From a plasmid, in the sequence record NZ_CP024426.1: a DNA stretch of 64,000 bases; one strand, written 5' to 3'. The translations under genes were made by a program, and so were the position numbers. Positions 9,838 to 20,466 of the stretch are shown here, piece after piece (position 1 is the stretch's first letter; each line of letters starts with the position of its first letter). The notes under the pieces were generated by a model. The model was not told the origin of the DNA. It saw only the letters and a program-made list of their open reading frames with translations, and did not search any database.

Positions 9838-10618
9838 GCCCCCCGCTGGCATCGTCTGCAGCGGGCTTGGCAAGGTCTATGACGGCGGTGTGGCGGCAGT
9901 CGATGCCATCGACCTGACGCTGGCGGCGGGGCAGACGACGGCGCTGCTGGGCCCCTCGGGCTGCGGCAAGTCCACGCTGCTGCGGCTGATCGCGGGGCTG
10001 GAGCAGCCGACCGCCGGGCAGGTCCGCATCGCAGGCGATCCGCCTGGCCTGCTGGGCCGGCAGGGCGGGCTGGCGATCGCCTTTCAGGACCCCTGCCTGC
10101 TGCCCTGGCTGGACGTGGCGCAGAACGTGGCGCTGGGTCGCAAGCTCGCGCGCCAGCCCGCCGACCCGGCGCGCGTCGCGGAACTGATCGAGCTGGTGGG
10201 CCTGGGCGGCTTTCAGCGGGCGCGCCCGGCCGCGCTGTCGGGCGGGATGCGGCAGCGCGCGGCCATCGCGCGCGCCCTGGTCACGCAGCCGCGCGTCCTG
10301 CTGCTGGACGAACCCTTCGGCGCGCTCGATGCGCTGACGCGCCAGCAACTGGCCCAGGACCTGCCGCCGCTGTGGCAGGCGCAGGGCACCACGGCGGTGC
10401 TTGTCACCCATTCCGTGGACGAGGCCGTGATGCTTTCCGACCGCATCGTCGTGCTGTCCCCGCGCCCGGCCCGGATCGTCGCCGATATCGAGGTGCCGCT
10501 AGCGCATCCGCGTTCGCCGGGCGTCTCGGAAACGCCTTCCTTCCGCCGGCTGGTCGCCCGGGCGCTGGCGGCGCTGGCCCAGGGCGGCGGGCCGGCGCAG
10601 GTCCTGGCCGCGCAATGA
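9827..10618 (+). CDS. ABC transporter ATP-binding protein (SsuB/TauB-like)
   Basis: Walker A GPSGCGKST, signature LSGGMRQR and Walker B LLLDEP. Overlaps the SBP stop by 11 nt. Confidence 0.85.
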   Translation: MPFEPPAGIVCSGLGKVYDGGVAAVDAIDLTLAAGQTTALLGPSGCGKSTLLRLIAGLEQPTAGQVRIAGDPPGLLGRQGGLAIAFQDPCLLPWLDVAQNVALGRKLARQPADPARVAELIELVGLGGFQRARPAALSGGMRQRAAIARALVTQPRVLLLDEPFGALDALTRQQLAQDLPPLWQAQGTTAVLVTHSVDEAVMLSDRIVVLSPRPARIVADIEVPLAHPRSPGVSETPSFRRLVARALAALAQGGGPAQVLAAQ

Positions 10619-12150
10619 CGGGCCGCTGGGCGGGACCGGCCCTTCTGCTGGGGCTGTGGCAGGGCGCGGCACTGGCCACGGGCGGCCACCTGCTGGCCGG
10701 ACCGCTGGAGATTGCCGGCTGGCTGGGGGCGAATGCCGGGCTGGCGGGCCGCGCCACGGCGGCGACGCTGGGCAATGCAGCCTGGGGGCTGGCCGCCGGG
10801 AACCTTGCCGCCATCCTGCTGGCCGCCGTGCCGGCGCTATGGCCCCGGACGCTGGGCCTGGTGGCGGGGCTGGCGCTGGCGGTCTTTTGCCTGCCCTTGG
10901 TCGCCACCGGGCCGATCCTGCGGGTGCTGATGGGTCCGGGCGACGGGCCGCAGATCGTGCTGGCGGCGCTGGCGGTCTATTACACCACGCTGATCCCGCT
11001 GCTGGCGGGGTTGCGGGCGGCGCCAGCGGCCTGGTTCGACCTGGTGCGCAGTTATGGCCGCGGCCGGTGGGCCGAACTGGTCCATGTCCGCCTGCGCGCC
11101 GCGCTGCCCTATCTGGTTGCGGGGCTTCAGATCTCGGCCCCTGCCGCGATCCTGGGCGCCATGGTCGGAGAGTTCACCGGAGCCGAGCGCGGCCTGGGCG
11201 TCCTGACCATCCGCTTTACCCGCGACCTCGACATTCCGGCGCTGTGGGCGGTCGCGGCGGTGGCGGCGGCATCCTCGTATCTGGCCTATGCCGCCGTCGG
11301 CTGGCTGGGCCGCAGGCTGTTGCCGGACCCGCCGCCGGTCATCCTTGCGCCCGCCCGGGCGGGGGGGCCTTCGGCCGCGCAGAGGCTGGCGCAGGCGGCG
11401 CTGCTGGTCGCCGTGCTGCTGGCGGTCTGGTGGGCGGGGATGGAGGCCCTGGGCCTGAACCGCTTTTTCGCCAAGCGCCCGCCCGATGTTCTGGCCGCCG
11501 TCCTGTGGGCGCCGGATGCCCCGGCCACACGCGCGACGCTGCTTGCGGCAGCCTGGGAAAGCGTCGCGCTGGTCCTGCCCGGCTATGCCGCGGGGCTGGT
11601 GCTGGGGGCGGGGCTGGCGGTGCTGCTGGCGCTGCGCCCGGCCCTTGCGGCGCTGGCCGCGCCGCTGGCCGTGGCGCTGCGGTCCGTGCCGATCCTGACG
11701 ACGGCGCCCCTGGTCGTCCTGCTGCTGGGGCGCGGCGCCCTGGGCACCATCGTCCTGGTCGCGCTGATGGTGTTCTTTCCCACATTCGTCGCCTGCCAGC
11801 ACGGGCTGCGTCAGGCGCCGGGCCCGATCCTGGACCTGTTTCGCAGCTATGCCGCCGGCCTGCTGCGGCAGATGTGGCATGTCCGCATTCCCGCGATGCT
11901 GCCCGCGCTGTTCGCCTCGGCCCGGATGAGCGTGCCTGCCGCCGTCCTGGCCGTCACGGTGATCGAGTGGCTGGCGACGGGCCGGGGACTGGGTCACCTG
12001 ATGGCGCTGTCGGCCTCGGTTTCGGGCTACGGCATGCTGTGGCTGACGGTGGTCGCGGTGACGCTGCTGTCGGGGCTGTTCCACGCCCTGGTCGCCGCGG
12101 TCGAACGTCGGGTGCTGGCCCGCTTTGCGCCCGAACAGGGGGCCGCGTGA
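10615..12150 (+). CDS. ABC transporter permease with two fused (duplicated) transmembrane domains
   Basis: A 511-aa product carrying two SsuC-like permease modules. The ATG overlaps the ATPase stop (ATGA). The ORF-track start at 10372 was rejected. Confidence 0.8.
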   Translation: MTGRWAGPALLLGLWQGAALATGGHLLAGPLEIAGWLGANAGLAGRATAATLGNAAWGLAAGNLAAILLAAVPALWPRTLGLVAGLALAVFCLPLVATGPILRVLMGPGDGPQIVLAALAVYYTTLIPLLAGLRAAPAAWFDLVRSYGRGRWAELVHVRLRAALPYLVAGLQISAPAAILGAMVGEFTGAERGLGVLTIRFTRDLDIPALWAVAAVAAASSYLAYAAVGWLGRRLLPDPPPVILAPARAGGPSAAQRLAQAALLVAVLLAVWWAGMEALGLNRFFAKRPPDVLAAVLWAPDAPATRATLLAAAWESVALVLPGYAAGLVLGAGLAVLLALRPALAALAAPLAVALRSVPILTTAPLVVLLLGRGALGTIVLVALMVFFPTFVACQHGLRQAPGPILDLFRSYAAGLLRQMWHVRIPAMLPALFASARMSVPAAVLAVTVIEWLATGRGLGHLMALSASVSGYGMLWLTVVAVTLLSGLFHALVAAVERRVLARFAPEQGAA

Positions 12151-13193
12151 TCCGCCGACCGCTGGCCTTCGCGGTGCCGGGCGACATCGCCACGCTGACG
12201 GGCGGCTATGTCTATGAACGCCGCCTGCTCGAAGGGCTGCGCGCGCTTGGCCATGACGTCTGGCATCTGGAACTGCCCGCGGGCTTTCCCGACCCGGACC
12301 CGGCCGAGATAGCGGCGGCGCTTGCCGCCCTGGCGCGGGTGCCGCAGGATCGGCCGCTGATCCTGGACGGGCTGGCCTTTGGCGCGCTGGACACGCAGGG
12401 CCTGTCGCGCCTGCGCGCGCCGCTGGTCGCGATGATCCATCATCCGCTGGCGCTGGAAAGCGGGCTTGCGCCGGCACGCCGCGACCACCTGTTCAGGACC
12501 GAACGCGACAATCTGCGGTTGGTCCGGCACGTCCTGGTCCCCAGCCCGCACACCCGTCGCATCCTGATCGACCGCTACGCCGTCGCCCCGCAGGCGATCA
12601 GCGTGGCCCGGCCGGGGACCGACCGGCCGCGCCTGCCCTCGGCGCCGCAGTCCCCCCCGCTGATCCTGTCGGTCGGCATCCTGCATCCCCGCAAGGGCCA
12701 CGACATCCTGATCGAGGCGCTGTCGCAACTGGGCGACCTGGACTGGCGCGCCGTCATCGCGGGCCGCCCTTGGGATGCGGATCACGCGGCGGCGCTGGAG
12801 CGCCAGCGCGCGGCCAGTCCGGTGGCCGCGCGGATCGACCTGGCGGGCCAGGTTCCCGCCGCTCGGCTCGAGGCGCTTTACGCGGGGGCCTCGGTCTTTG
12901 CGCTGGCGACGCGCTACGAAGGATACGGGATCGTCTTTGACGAGGCGCTGGCCCATGGCCTGCCGATCGTCAGCTGCCGCACCGGCGCGGTGCCCCAGAC
13001 CGTGCCGCCCGGTGCCGGGCTGCTGGTCCCGCCCGAGGATCCGGTCCGCCTGGCCGGGGCGCTGCGCCGCGTGATCGCGGACGACGCTTTGCGCGACGCC
13101 CTGTCCCGGACCGCCCGGGCCGCCGGCGCCCGCCTTCCCGGCTGGCTGGACACCGCCGAACGGGCCAGCCGCAGCCTGTCCGAAATCCTGTGA
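12147..13193 (+). CDS. Glycosyltransferase family 4 (GT-B, RfaG-like)
   Basis: GTG start overlapping the permease stop (GTGA). Motifs LALATRYEGYGIVFDEALAHGLPIV and the E-x7-E signature. The N-terminal part is shared in-frame with ORF 10656..13193. Confidence 0.75.
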   Translation: MIRRPLAFAVPGDIATLTGGYVYERRLLEGLRALGHDVWHLELPAGFPDPDPAEIAAALAALARVPQDRPLILDGLAFGALDTQGLSRLRAPLVAMIHHPLALESGLAPARRDHLFRTERDNLRLVRHVLVPSPHTRRILIDRYAVAPQAISVARPGTDRPRLPSAPQSPPLILSVGILHPRKGHDILIEALSQLGDLDWRAVIAGRPWDADHAAALERQRAASPVAARIDLAGQVPAARLEALYAGASVFALATRYEGYGIVFDEALAHGLPIVSCRTGAVPQTVPPGAGLLVPPEDPVRLAGALRRVIADDALRDALSRTARAAGARLPGWLDTAERASRSLSEIL

Positions 13194-13379
13194 CAGGCCG
13201 GGCGCAACCCGAGGGGCTCTCGACAGATGGATGTTGTCCGACCCCGAAGAAGGCGATACTAGAAGGACCTGAACGCGCAGCGCCTGATCCGACCGGCAGA
13301 GCGGGCCTTGGAACACGGACCTGACTTGGGAACGCCATGCCCCACACGCTGAACGCAACCTCTCTGGGCACCCTGACGG

Positions 13380-16184
13380 ATGGCGACCGGCTGCGCCTGG
13401 CGCTTGCCGCCGGGGGCCATCGTCGGCACCTGGTTCTGGGATGTGACCGCCGACCGCTTCACGGTCGACGAGCAGTTCGCGGCAGCCTTCGGGCTTGATC
13501 CGGCGCTGGGGCGCGCGGGCCTGAGCCTGGCGCAGGTGATCGCCACCGTCCATCCCGACGACAAGGCCGGGCTGACCGCGGCGATCAAGCAGGCCATCGC
13601 CCGGGGCGGCCCCTATGCCCACCAGTACCGGGTGCGGCGGCTGAACGGCAGCTATCACTGGATCGAGGCGAACGGCCGCGTGGATCGGGACGCCGCCGGC
13701 ACGATCACCTTTCCGGGCGTTCTTCTGGACGTGGACGAACGCCGCGTGCTGGCCGCGGAACGCGACCGCGCCAAGCGCCTGCTCGAGGCCTTCATCGAGG
13801 CCGTGCCGGGCGTGGTCTATGCCAAGGACCGCAACGGCCGGATGTTGGTCGCCAATCGCGGGACCCTGGAGCTGGTCGGCAAGCCCCTGGCCGAGATCCT
13901 GGGCAGGACCGATGCGGAGTTCCTGAGCGATCCGGCCGAGGCCGAGGCGATCATGCGCCTCGACGCCGCCGTCATGGCCTCGGGCCAGACCCTGGTCGCC
14001 GAAGAGGCCGTGCGCCGCCCGGACGGGACGCCCGCCGTCTGGCTGTCCACGAAATCGGCGTTCCGGGGCGAGGACGGGCAGGTGATCGGCCTGATCGGCT
14101 CGTCCGTGGACATCACCGACCGGCGCTGCGTCGAAGCCTCGTTGCGCGAAACCGAGGAACGCTATCGCCTGGCCGCGCAGGCGACCAACGACGCCATCTG
14201 GGACTGGCGGCTGGCCGACGGGCACGTCATCTGGAACAACGCGCTTGAGGACCGCCTGGGCCACGCCCTGCGCGAAACCAGCGCGGCCTGGTGGATCGAG
14301 CACATCCATCCCGACGACCGCGACCGGGTCGACCAGTCCATCCATGCCGTCATCGACGGATCGGGGACCGGCTGGACCGAGGAATACCGCTTCCGTCGGG
14401 CGGACGGGTCCTATGCCGCCATTCTGGACCGCGGCTTCGTGCTGCGCGACGACGGCGGCCGCGCCACCCGGATGATCGGCGCCATGCAGGACCTGACCGA
14501 TCGCCGCGCCGCCGAGGCCGCCGTGCGCGAAAGCGAGGAACGCGCCCGGCTTGCGGCCGAGGCCGCCTCGATGGGCACCTGGGATCTGGACCTGCGCAGC
14601 CGGGACCTGCGCTGGGATGCCCGCACCAAGGCGCTGTTCGGCTTGGCCCTGGATGCCCGGGTCACGTTCGAGGACTCGTTCCTGGGCGGCGCCCATCCCG
14701 AGGACCGGGACCGGGTGCGCAGCGCGGTCGAGGCCGCCGTCACGCGCCACGGCACCGGAACCTTCGCCGTCGAGTTCCGCACCGCCGCCGGGACCGACGG
14801 GGCCGGGCGCTGGGTCGCCGCCCGGGGGCGCACCCTGTTTTCCGACGATGGCGAGCCCCTGCGGTTCATCGGCACCATGGTCGACATCACCGAGCTGAAG
14901 ACCGCCGAGGCCCGGCTGCGCGAACTGAACGAGACGCTGGAAAGCCGCGTCGCCCAGGAAATCGCCGAGCGCGAGCAGGCCGAGGAGGCGCTGCGTCAAA
15001 GCCAGAAGATGGAGGCCCTGGGCCAGCTGACCGGCGGCATCGCGCATGACTTCAACAACCTGCTGCAAGGCATCACCGGCAGCCTCAGCGTCATTCAGCG
15101 CCGCATCGGCCAGGGCCGGACCGACGATCTGGACCGCTTCATCGAGGGTGCCGCCGGGGCGGCGGCCCGCGCCGCCGCGCTGACGCATCGCCTGCTGGCC
15201 TTTTCCCGGCGCCAGCCGCTGGACCCCCGGCCCGTGCGCGCCAATGCGCTGATCGCCTCGATGGAGGACCTGTTCCGCCGCACCATGGGCGAGAATGTCG
15301 CGGTCGAGTTCGCGCTGGCCGAGGACCTCTGGGTCACGCTGTGCGACCCCAACCAGCTTGAGAACGCCGTGCTGAACCTCGCCATCAACGCCCGCGACGC
15401 GATGCCCGGCGGCGGGCGGCTGCGGATCGAGACCCGCAACGTCGATGCAGACGATCTGGACATGCCGCACGACCGGAGCCTTCGGCACAGCGACTACATT
15501 CGCATTGCGGTCTCGGACACCGGAATCGGCATGGATGCGGCCACGATGGCCAAGGCGTTCGAGCCGTTCTTCACCACCAAGCCGCTGGGGCAGGGCACGG
15601 GCCTTGGGCTGTCCATGATCTACGGCTTTGCCCGCCAGTCCGAGGGGCACGCCCGCATCGAAAGCGATCCGGGCGCCGGCACCACCGTCAGCATCTTCCT
15701 GCCGCGCCACCGCGCGGCGCTGGCCGAGGAGGGGGCCCAGCCTGCGGGCGCGGCGCCGGGGACGACGACCTCGGGCGAAACCGTCCTGGTGGTCGAGGAC
15801 GAGACGCTGGTGCGAAACCTTGTCGTCGGGGAACTGGCCGATCTGGGCTATCGGGTGCTCGAAGCCGCGGAAAGCGCCGAAGCCCTGGCGATCCTGCGGT
15901 CGGGCCGACGGATCGACCTGATGCTGACCGACATCGGCCTGCCGGGCCTGAACGGCCGGCAACTGGCCGCGGCCGCCCGCGAACTGCGGCCCGCGCTGAA
16001 GGTGCTGCTCATGACCGGATATGCGCAGGATGCCTCGCGCGCCAGCGGGTTTCTGGACCATGGCATGGAACTGATCACCAAGCCCTTCGAGATGGCGGCC
16101 CTGGTGTCCCGGCTGCGCGCCATGCTGGAGGGCGAGGCCTTGCCGGCCGGGACGGCGGCGGACGCCCCCGGCGGTCAAGGCTAG
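13380..16184 (+). CDS. Hybrid sensor histidine kinase/response regulator with about three PAS domains, HisKA, HATPase_c and one receiver
   Basis: H-box [10 protein letters not shown] boxes, DTGIGM and receiver D residues present. The true N-terminus appears to start at the ATG at 13337 (MPHTLNATSLGTLTDGDRLRLALAAGG) in another frame, joined through a G5 run at 13412-13416 (see findings). Confidence 0.8.
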   Translation: MATGCAWRLPPGAIVGTWFWDVTADRFTVDEQFAAAFGLDPALGRAGLSLAQVIATVHPDDKAGLTAAIKQAIARGGPYAHQYRVRRLNGSYHWIEANGRVDRDAAGTITFPGVLLDVDERRVLAAERDRAKRLLEAFIEAVPGVVYAKDRNGRMLVANRGTLELVGKPLAEILGRTDAEFLSDPAEAEAIMRLDAAVMASGQTLVAEEAVRRPDGTPAVWLSTKSAFRGEDGQVIGLIGSSVDITDRRCVEASLRETEERYRLAAQATNDAIWDWRLADGHVIWNNALEDRLGHALRETSAAWWIEHIHPDDRDRVDQSIHAVIDGSGTGWTEEYRFRRADGSYAAILDRGFVLRDDGGRATRMIGAMQDLTDRRAAEAAVRESEERARLAAEAASMGTWDLDLRSRDLRWDARTKALFGLALDARVTFEDSFLGGAHPEDRDRVRSAVEAAVTRHGTGTFAVEFRTAAGTDGAGRWVAARGRTLFSDDGEPLRFIGTMVDITELKTAEARLRELNETLESRVAQEIAEREQAEEALRQSQKMEALGQLTGGIAHDFNNLLQGITGSLSVIQRRIGQGRTDDLDRFIEGAAGAAARAAALTHRLLAFSRRQPLDPRPVRANALIASMEDLFRRTMGENVAVEFALAEDLWVTLCDPNQLENAVLNLAINARDAMPGGGRLRIETRNVDADDLDMPHDRSLRHSDYIRIAVSDTGIGMDAATMAKAFEPFFTTKPLGQGTGLGLSMIYGFARQSEGHARIESDPGAGTTVSIFLPRHRAALAEEGAQPAGAAPGTTTSGETVLVVEDETLVRNLVVGELADLGYRVLEAAESAEALAILRSGRRIDLMLTDIGLPGLNGRQLAAAARELRPALKVLLMTGYAQDASRASGFLDHGMELITKPFEMAALVSRLRAMLEGEALPAGTAADAPGGQG

Positions 16185-16302
16185 GCGGGCCGGGACCGCC
16201 GGCCTTTGGCCGATGCGGACGCGACGGCGGGGTTGCGGCTGACCCGCGATATCGCGCACAAGACGGACGATGCCCCCGGCGGGGCGGCGTGGAGGACGGA
16301 CC

Positions 16303-19300
16303 GTGACTGACCTGACCCTGTCGAACCGGAGCCGAATTTTCCTCGGCGACGGCGAAATGGCCGCGCTCATGCGCGCCAAGGACTGGGGCAGCACCGCGCT
16401 TGGCGATCCCGAACAGTGGCCGCAATCGCTGAAGGTCGCGGTCGGCATCCTGCTGACCTCGCGGTTCGAGATGTGGCTGGGCTGGGGGCCGGACGTCAAT
16501 TTCCTGTACAACGACGCCTATCGCCCGACCCTCGGCATGAAGCACCCTAATTCGCTGGGCATGCCCACGAAGGAGCTGTGGTCCGAAATCTGGGACGATG
16601 TCGAACCAAGGATCCGCAGCGTCTATGAGCGCGGCGAGGCGACCTGGGACCGCGCGCTGCGGCTGATCGTCGAGCGCAACGGCTACCCCGAGGAAACCTA
16701 CCACACCTTTTCCTACAGCCCGCTTCTGGACGATGCGGACAAGCCTGCCGGATTGCTGTGCGCGGTGTCCGAGGAAACGACGCGCGTCATTACCGAACGG
16801 CGCATGGAAACCCTGCGGGTTCTGTCCTCGGAACTGGCGGGCGCGACGGACCGGGTCTCGGTCCTGCGGGCGGCGCAGAGGGCGCTGGAGGCGAACCTGC
16901 ACGACCTGCCCTTTACCCTGACCTATCTGGCCGAAGCGGGTACCCCCGCGCTGGCCTTCGCCACGGGCATCCCGGCCGGGTTCGATCCCGCGGTGATCGG
17001 CGGGGCCATCGCGCTGGACGGCGACGGGCCCCAGTGCCTTGTTGGCGTCGCGGACCTGCCGTCCGGGGCGTGGGACCGCCCGCCTGTCTCGGCCATCGCC
17101 GTGCCGCTGACCGGGCACGGCATGGGTGCCGATTTCGGGACGATGGTGGTCGGGCTGAACCCGCTGCGGCCCTTTGACAGCGACTATGCCGATTTCCTGA
17201 GACTGGTGGCGGGGCAGGTCGCGGCGGGGCTGTCGGGCGCTGCCGCCTACGAAACCGAACGCCGCCGGGCCGAGGCGCTGGCCGACGCGCTGCACATGCG
17301 CCAGGCCGCCGCCACCGCGCTGGAAAAGGCGAACGTCTCGCTCAGTTCCGAGATCGACAAGCGCACGGCCGAACGCGACCGGCTGCGCGCCCTGTTCCAG
17401 CACGCGCCCAGCTTCATGTGTGTGCTGAACGGTCCCGAGCATGTCTTCGAATTCATGAACGAGGCCTACCTGCAACTGGCCGGCCACCGTGACCTGATCG
17501 GCAAGCCCGTCCGCGAGGCCTTGCCCGATATCGAGGGCCAGGGCTATTTCGAGCTTCTGGATCAGGTCTATCGCACGGCCGAGCCCTTCATCGGCCGGGA
17601 CATGGCGGTGACGCTCCAGCGCACCCCGGGCGGGCCGGGCGAACGGCGCTTCGTCAACCTGGTCTATCAGCCGATCCTGGACGAGGCGGGTCGGGTCACG
17701 GGGATCTTTGCCGAAGGCCACGACGTCACCCATCGCAAGCGGGCCGAGGAGGCGTTGCGCGCGCTGAACGACACCCTGGCGGCGCAGGTCGAGGCGCGGA
17801 CCCACGAACGCGACATGACCTGGCGCATCAGCGAGGACCTGTTCCTGATCTGCACGATGGATGGCGTGTTCAAAAGCGTCAATCCGGCCTGGAGCGCGGC
17901 GCTTGGCTATGCCGAGCATGACCTGGTGGGCACGCGGCTGGACGCGCTGGTCCATCCCGACGACCTGGTCGCGGTCGTCGAACGGGGCAGGGCGCTGGCC
18001 CAGGGCGCGGTGCTGCGCGACTTCGACCTGCGGCTGCGCGCCCGGTCGGGTGACTATCGCTGGTATTCCTGGACCTGCGTCCCCGAGGGCGGCCAGTTCT
18101 ATGGCGCCGGGCGCGACGTCACCACCCGCAAATCGCTTGAGGACCAGCTGCGCCGGTCGCAGAAGATGGAGGCCCTGGGGCAGCTGACGGGCGGGGTGGC
18201 GCATGACTTCAACAATCTCTTGCAGGTGATAAGCGGCAATCTTCATCTGCTTTCCAAGGATATCGCCGGCAACGAGCGCGCCGAGATGCGCGTGCAGAAC
18301 GCCCTGGCCGGCGTCACCCGCGGGTCGAAGCTCGCCTCGCAACTGCTGTCCTTTGGCCGGCGCCAGCCGCTGGAGCCCAAGGTGGTCAATGTCGGCCGCT
18401 TTCTGCAGGGCATGGACGACATGCTGCGTCGCACCCTGGGCGAGGAGATCCAACTGGAGACGGTCGTCGCCGGGGGCCTGTGGAACACCCTGGTCGATCC
18501 CAACCAGATCGAGAACGCCGTGCTGAACCTGGCCATCAACGCGCGCGATGCCATGGCCGGGCACGGCCGGCTGACGATCGAGGCAACCAATGCCTCGCTC
18601 GACGACGCCTATGCCGCCGACAATGACGCCCAGCCCGGCCAGTATGTGCTGATCGCCGTGACCGACACCGGGTCGGGCATGCCGCCCGAGATCCTCGACA
18701 AGGTCTTCGAGCCGTTCTTCTCCACCAAGCCCGAGGGCAAGGGCACCGGCCTGGGGCTGTCCATGGTCTATGGCCTGGTCAAGCAGTCGAACGGCCACAT
18801 CAAGATCTACAGCGAGCTTGGGCACGGCACCACGGTCAAGATCTACCTGCCTCGGAACATGGCGCAGGAGGACATGCTGACCGACCTGCGCACCCAGCCC
18901 GTGCAGGGCGGGACCGAGACGGTTCTGGTCGTCGAGGATGACGACGAGGTGCGCGAAACCACCGTGGCGCTGCTGACCGACCTTGGCTATCGCACCTTGC
19001 GCGCGCGCGACGCGGCATCGGCGCTGACGGTGGTCGAAAGCGGCGCGCCCATCGACCTGGTCTTTACCGATGTCGTCATGCCCGGCCCGGTGCGCAGCAC
19101 GGATCTGGCGCGCAAGGCCAAGGAACGGCTGCCCGGCGTCGCGGTGCTGTTCACCTCGGGCTATACCGAGAACTCGATCGTTCATGCCGGGCGCCTTGAT
19201 CCGGGCGTCGAACTGCTGCCCAAGCCCTATTCCCGCGAAACGCTGGCCCGCAAGATACGCCATGTCCTGGCCAACCAGCAGCAGGCCAACGCGGTCGCCG

Positions 19301-19704
19301 CCCGGCGGCAGGGCATGCCCGCCCCCCGGCGCGATGCGCCGCCGGCCGTCTCCGCAAGACCCCTCAACATCCTGCTGGTCGAGGACGACGCGCTGATCCA
19401 GCTCAGCACGGCCGACATGCTGGAATCGCTGGGCCACTCCGTCACCGCCGTGGGCACGGGGTCCGAGGCGTTGGCGGCGCTGTCGCCCGGAACGGACGTG
19501 CTGATGACCGATCTGGGCCTGCCCGACATGAACGGCAGCGATCTGGCCCAGGCGTGCCGACGCCGGATGCCGGAGCTGCGCGTGGTGCTGGTCACCGGCG
19601 ATCCCGGCGCCGCCTGCGAGGTCGAGAACGCCATCGCCGTCATCAAGCCCTATGTCGAGACCGACCTGGAACGCGCCCTGTCGGCGGTATCCGACTGCCG
19701 CTGA
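16303..19704 (+). CDS. Hybrid sensor histidine kinase with an N-terminal PAS-like sensor, GAF/PAS modules, HisKA, HATPase_c and two C-terminal receiver domains
   Basis: GTG at 16303 with GGAGGA 6 nt upstream; the in-frame ATG at 16270 is an alternative start. Motifs [33 protein letters not shown] and [10 protein letters not shown]. Confidence 0.8.
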   Translation: MTDLTLSNRSRIFLGDGEMAALMRAKDWGSTALGDPEQWPQSLKVAVGILLTSRFEMWLGWGPDVNFLYNDAYRPTLGMKHPNSLGMPTKELWSEIWDDVEPRIRSVYERGEATWDRALRLIVERNGYPEETYHTFSYSPLLDDADKPAGLLCAVSEETTRVITERRMETLRVLSSELAGATDRVSVLRAAQRALEANLHDLPFTLTYLAEAGTPALAFATGIPAGFDPAVIGGAIALDGDGPQCLVGVADLPSGAWDRPPVSAIAVPLTGHGMGADFGTMVVGLNPLRPFDSDYADFLRLVAGQVAAGLSGAAAYETERRRAEALADALHMRQAAATALEKANVSLSSEIDKRTAERDRLRALFQHAPSFMCVLNGPEHVFEFMNEAYLQLAGHRDLIGKPVREALPDIEGQGYFELLDQVYRTAEPFIGRDMAVTLQRTPGGPGERRFVNLVYQPILDEAGRVTGIFAEGHDVTHRKRAEEALRALNDTLAAQVEARTHERDMTWRISEDLFLICTMDGVFKSVNPAWSAALGYAEHDLVGTRLDALVHPDDLVAVVERGRALAQGAVLRDFDLRLRARSGDYRWYSWTCVPEGGQFYGAGRDVTTRKSLEDQLRRSQKMEALGQLTGGVAHDFNNLLQVISGNLHLLSKDIAGNERAEMRVQNALAGVTRGSKLASQLLSFGRRQPLEPKVVNVGRFLQGMDDMLRRTLGEEIQLETVVAGGLWNTLVDPNQIENAVLNLAINARDAMAGHGRLTIEATNASLDDAYAADNDAQPGQYVLIAVTDTGSGMPPEILDKVFEPFFSTKPEGKGTGLGLSMVYGLVKQSNGHIKIYSELGHGTTVKIYLPRNMAQEDMLTDLRTQPVQGGTETVLVVEDDDEVRETTVALLTDLGYRTLRARDAASALTVVESGAPIDLVFTDVVMPGPVRSTDLARKAKERLPGVAVLFTSGYTENSIVHAGRLDPGVELLPKPYSRETLARKIRHVLANQQQANAVAARRQGMPAPRRDAPPAVSARPLNILLVEDDALIQLSTADMLESLGHSVTAVGTGSEALAALSPGTDVLMTDLGLPDMNGSDLAQACRRRMPELRVVLVTGDPGAACEVENAIAVIKPYVETDLERALSAVSDCR

Positions 19705-19888
19705 CTGGGTTGGTGAAAGGCGGGATGGAGTTGGGGAGGGAGCTAGGACACCTTGGAGTACTATTTCACGTCCGGAACGATTACATAACTTATCTTACAC
19801 TTCTAATAAGTATAGGGGGGGGACGCGCTATCCTGAAATGCGACTTTCTGTGCTCAACAATGGGTTGAGCCATGAAAGGAGCATAGGA

Positions 19889-20446
19889 ATGAAGGTTCGG
19901 TTCTCTCACCTTTCTCTTTCCGAACGCCGCAAGATCGAACGCTGGCGGCAGATGAAGCTGAGCCCTGACGAGATGGCGCGCCGGCTTGGCCGGCACCGCT
20001 CGACGATCTTCCGCGAGCTGAGGCGCAATCATTTCCACGACAGCGAGGTCCCGAAGCTCAGCGGCTACTGGTGCGTTGTGGCGCAAAGCTATTCGGACGG
20101 GCGACGGACGCGGCAGCGCAAGCTGGTGCGGGATCCCGGGCTGCGCGACCAGGTCGAGCGTTGTCTCCGCTCTGGCTGGACCCCCGAGCAGATCGCCGGC
20201 CGGATGCGCTATGAAGGTGCCCCGCGCCGGGTCTGCCAGGAGACCATCTATTGCCACATTTATTCCGAGGAGGGTCGCCGGGCTGAGTTGTGGCGCCACC
20301 TGCCCTCCGGCCGCCGGCGCCGTCGGGGCTACCGGCTGCGCAAGCGTCCGCCGCCGAAATTCGCGCCGGAACTCAGCATCTTGTTCCGCCCGGACGTCAT
20401 TGCGCATCGAAGGCAGTTCGGGCACTGGGAAGCGAGCTATGGCTGA
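19889..20446 (+). mobile_element. IS30-family transposase, 5' fragment (185 aa), truncated exactly at the HWE(GD) catalytic-domain entry
   Basis: AAGGAG RBS 7 nt upstream of the ATG. N-terminal HTH region LSLSERRKIERWRQMKLSPDEMARRLGRHRSTIFRELRRN typical of IS30 transposases. Ends ...FGHWEASYG* where intact IS30 transposases continue with GHWEGD. Flanked by low-GC sequence. Confidence 0.7.
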
Positions 20447-20466
20447 ATTTGGGTGACGCGGCTTGA

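Noticed and set aside
10656-13193. 845-aa plus-strand ORF spanning the permease and GT4
   Set aside because: Only its last 348 codons (from the GTG at 12147) are real (GT4). The upstream part is the permease gene read out of frame, giving a Gly/Arg/Ala-rich product.
12027-16511. 1,494-aa minus-strand ORF
   Set aside because: Antisense shadow ORF of the plus-strand histidine kinase. The translation is Arg/Gly/Ala/Pro-rich with no motifs, whereas the plus strand carries clear PAS/HisKA/HATPase/REC signatures.
16075-19437. 1,120-aa minus-strand ORF
   Set aside because: Antisense shadow of the second hybrid kinase gene, with the same low-complexity high-GC artefact.
19652-19888. Upstream extension of the IS30 ORF (ORF track start 19652)
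   Set aside because: The AAGGAG RBS and conserved IS30 N-terminus begin at the ATG at 19889. The extension is low-GC non-coding sequence likely containing the IS terminal repeat.
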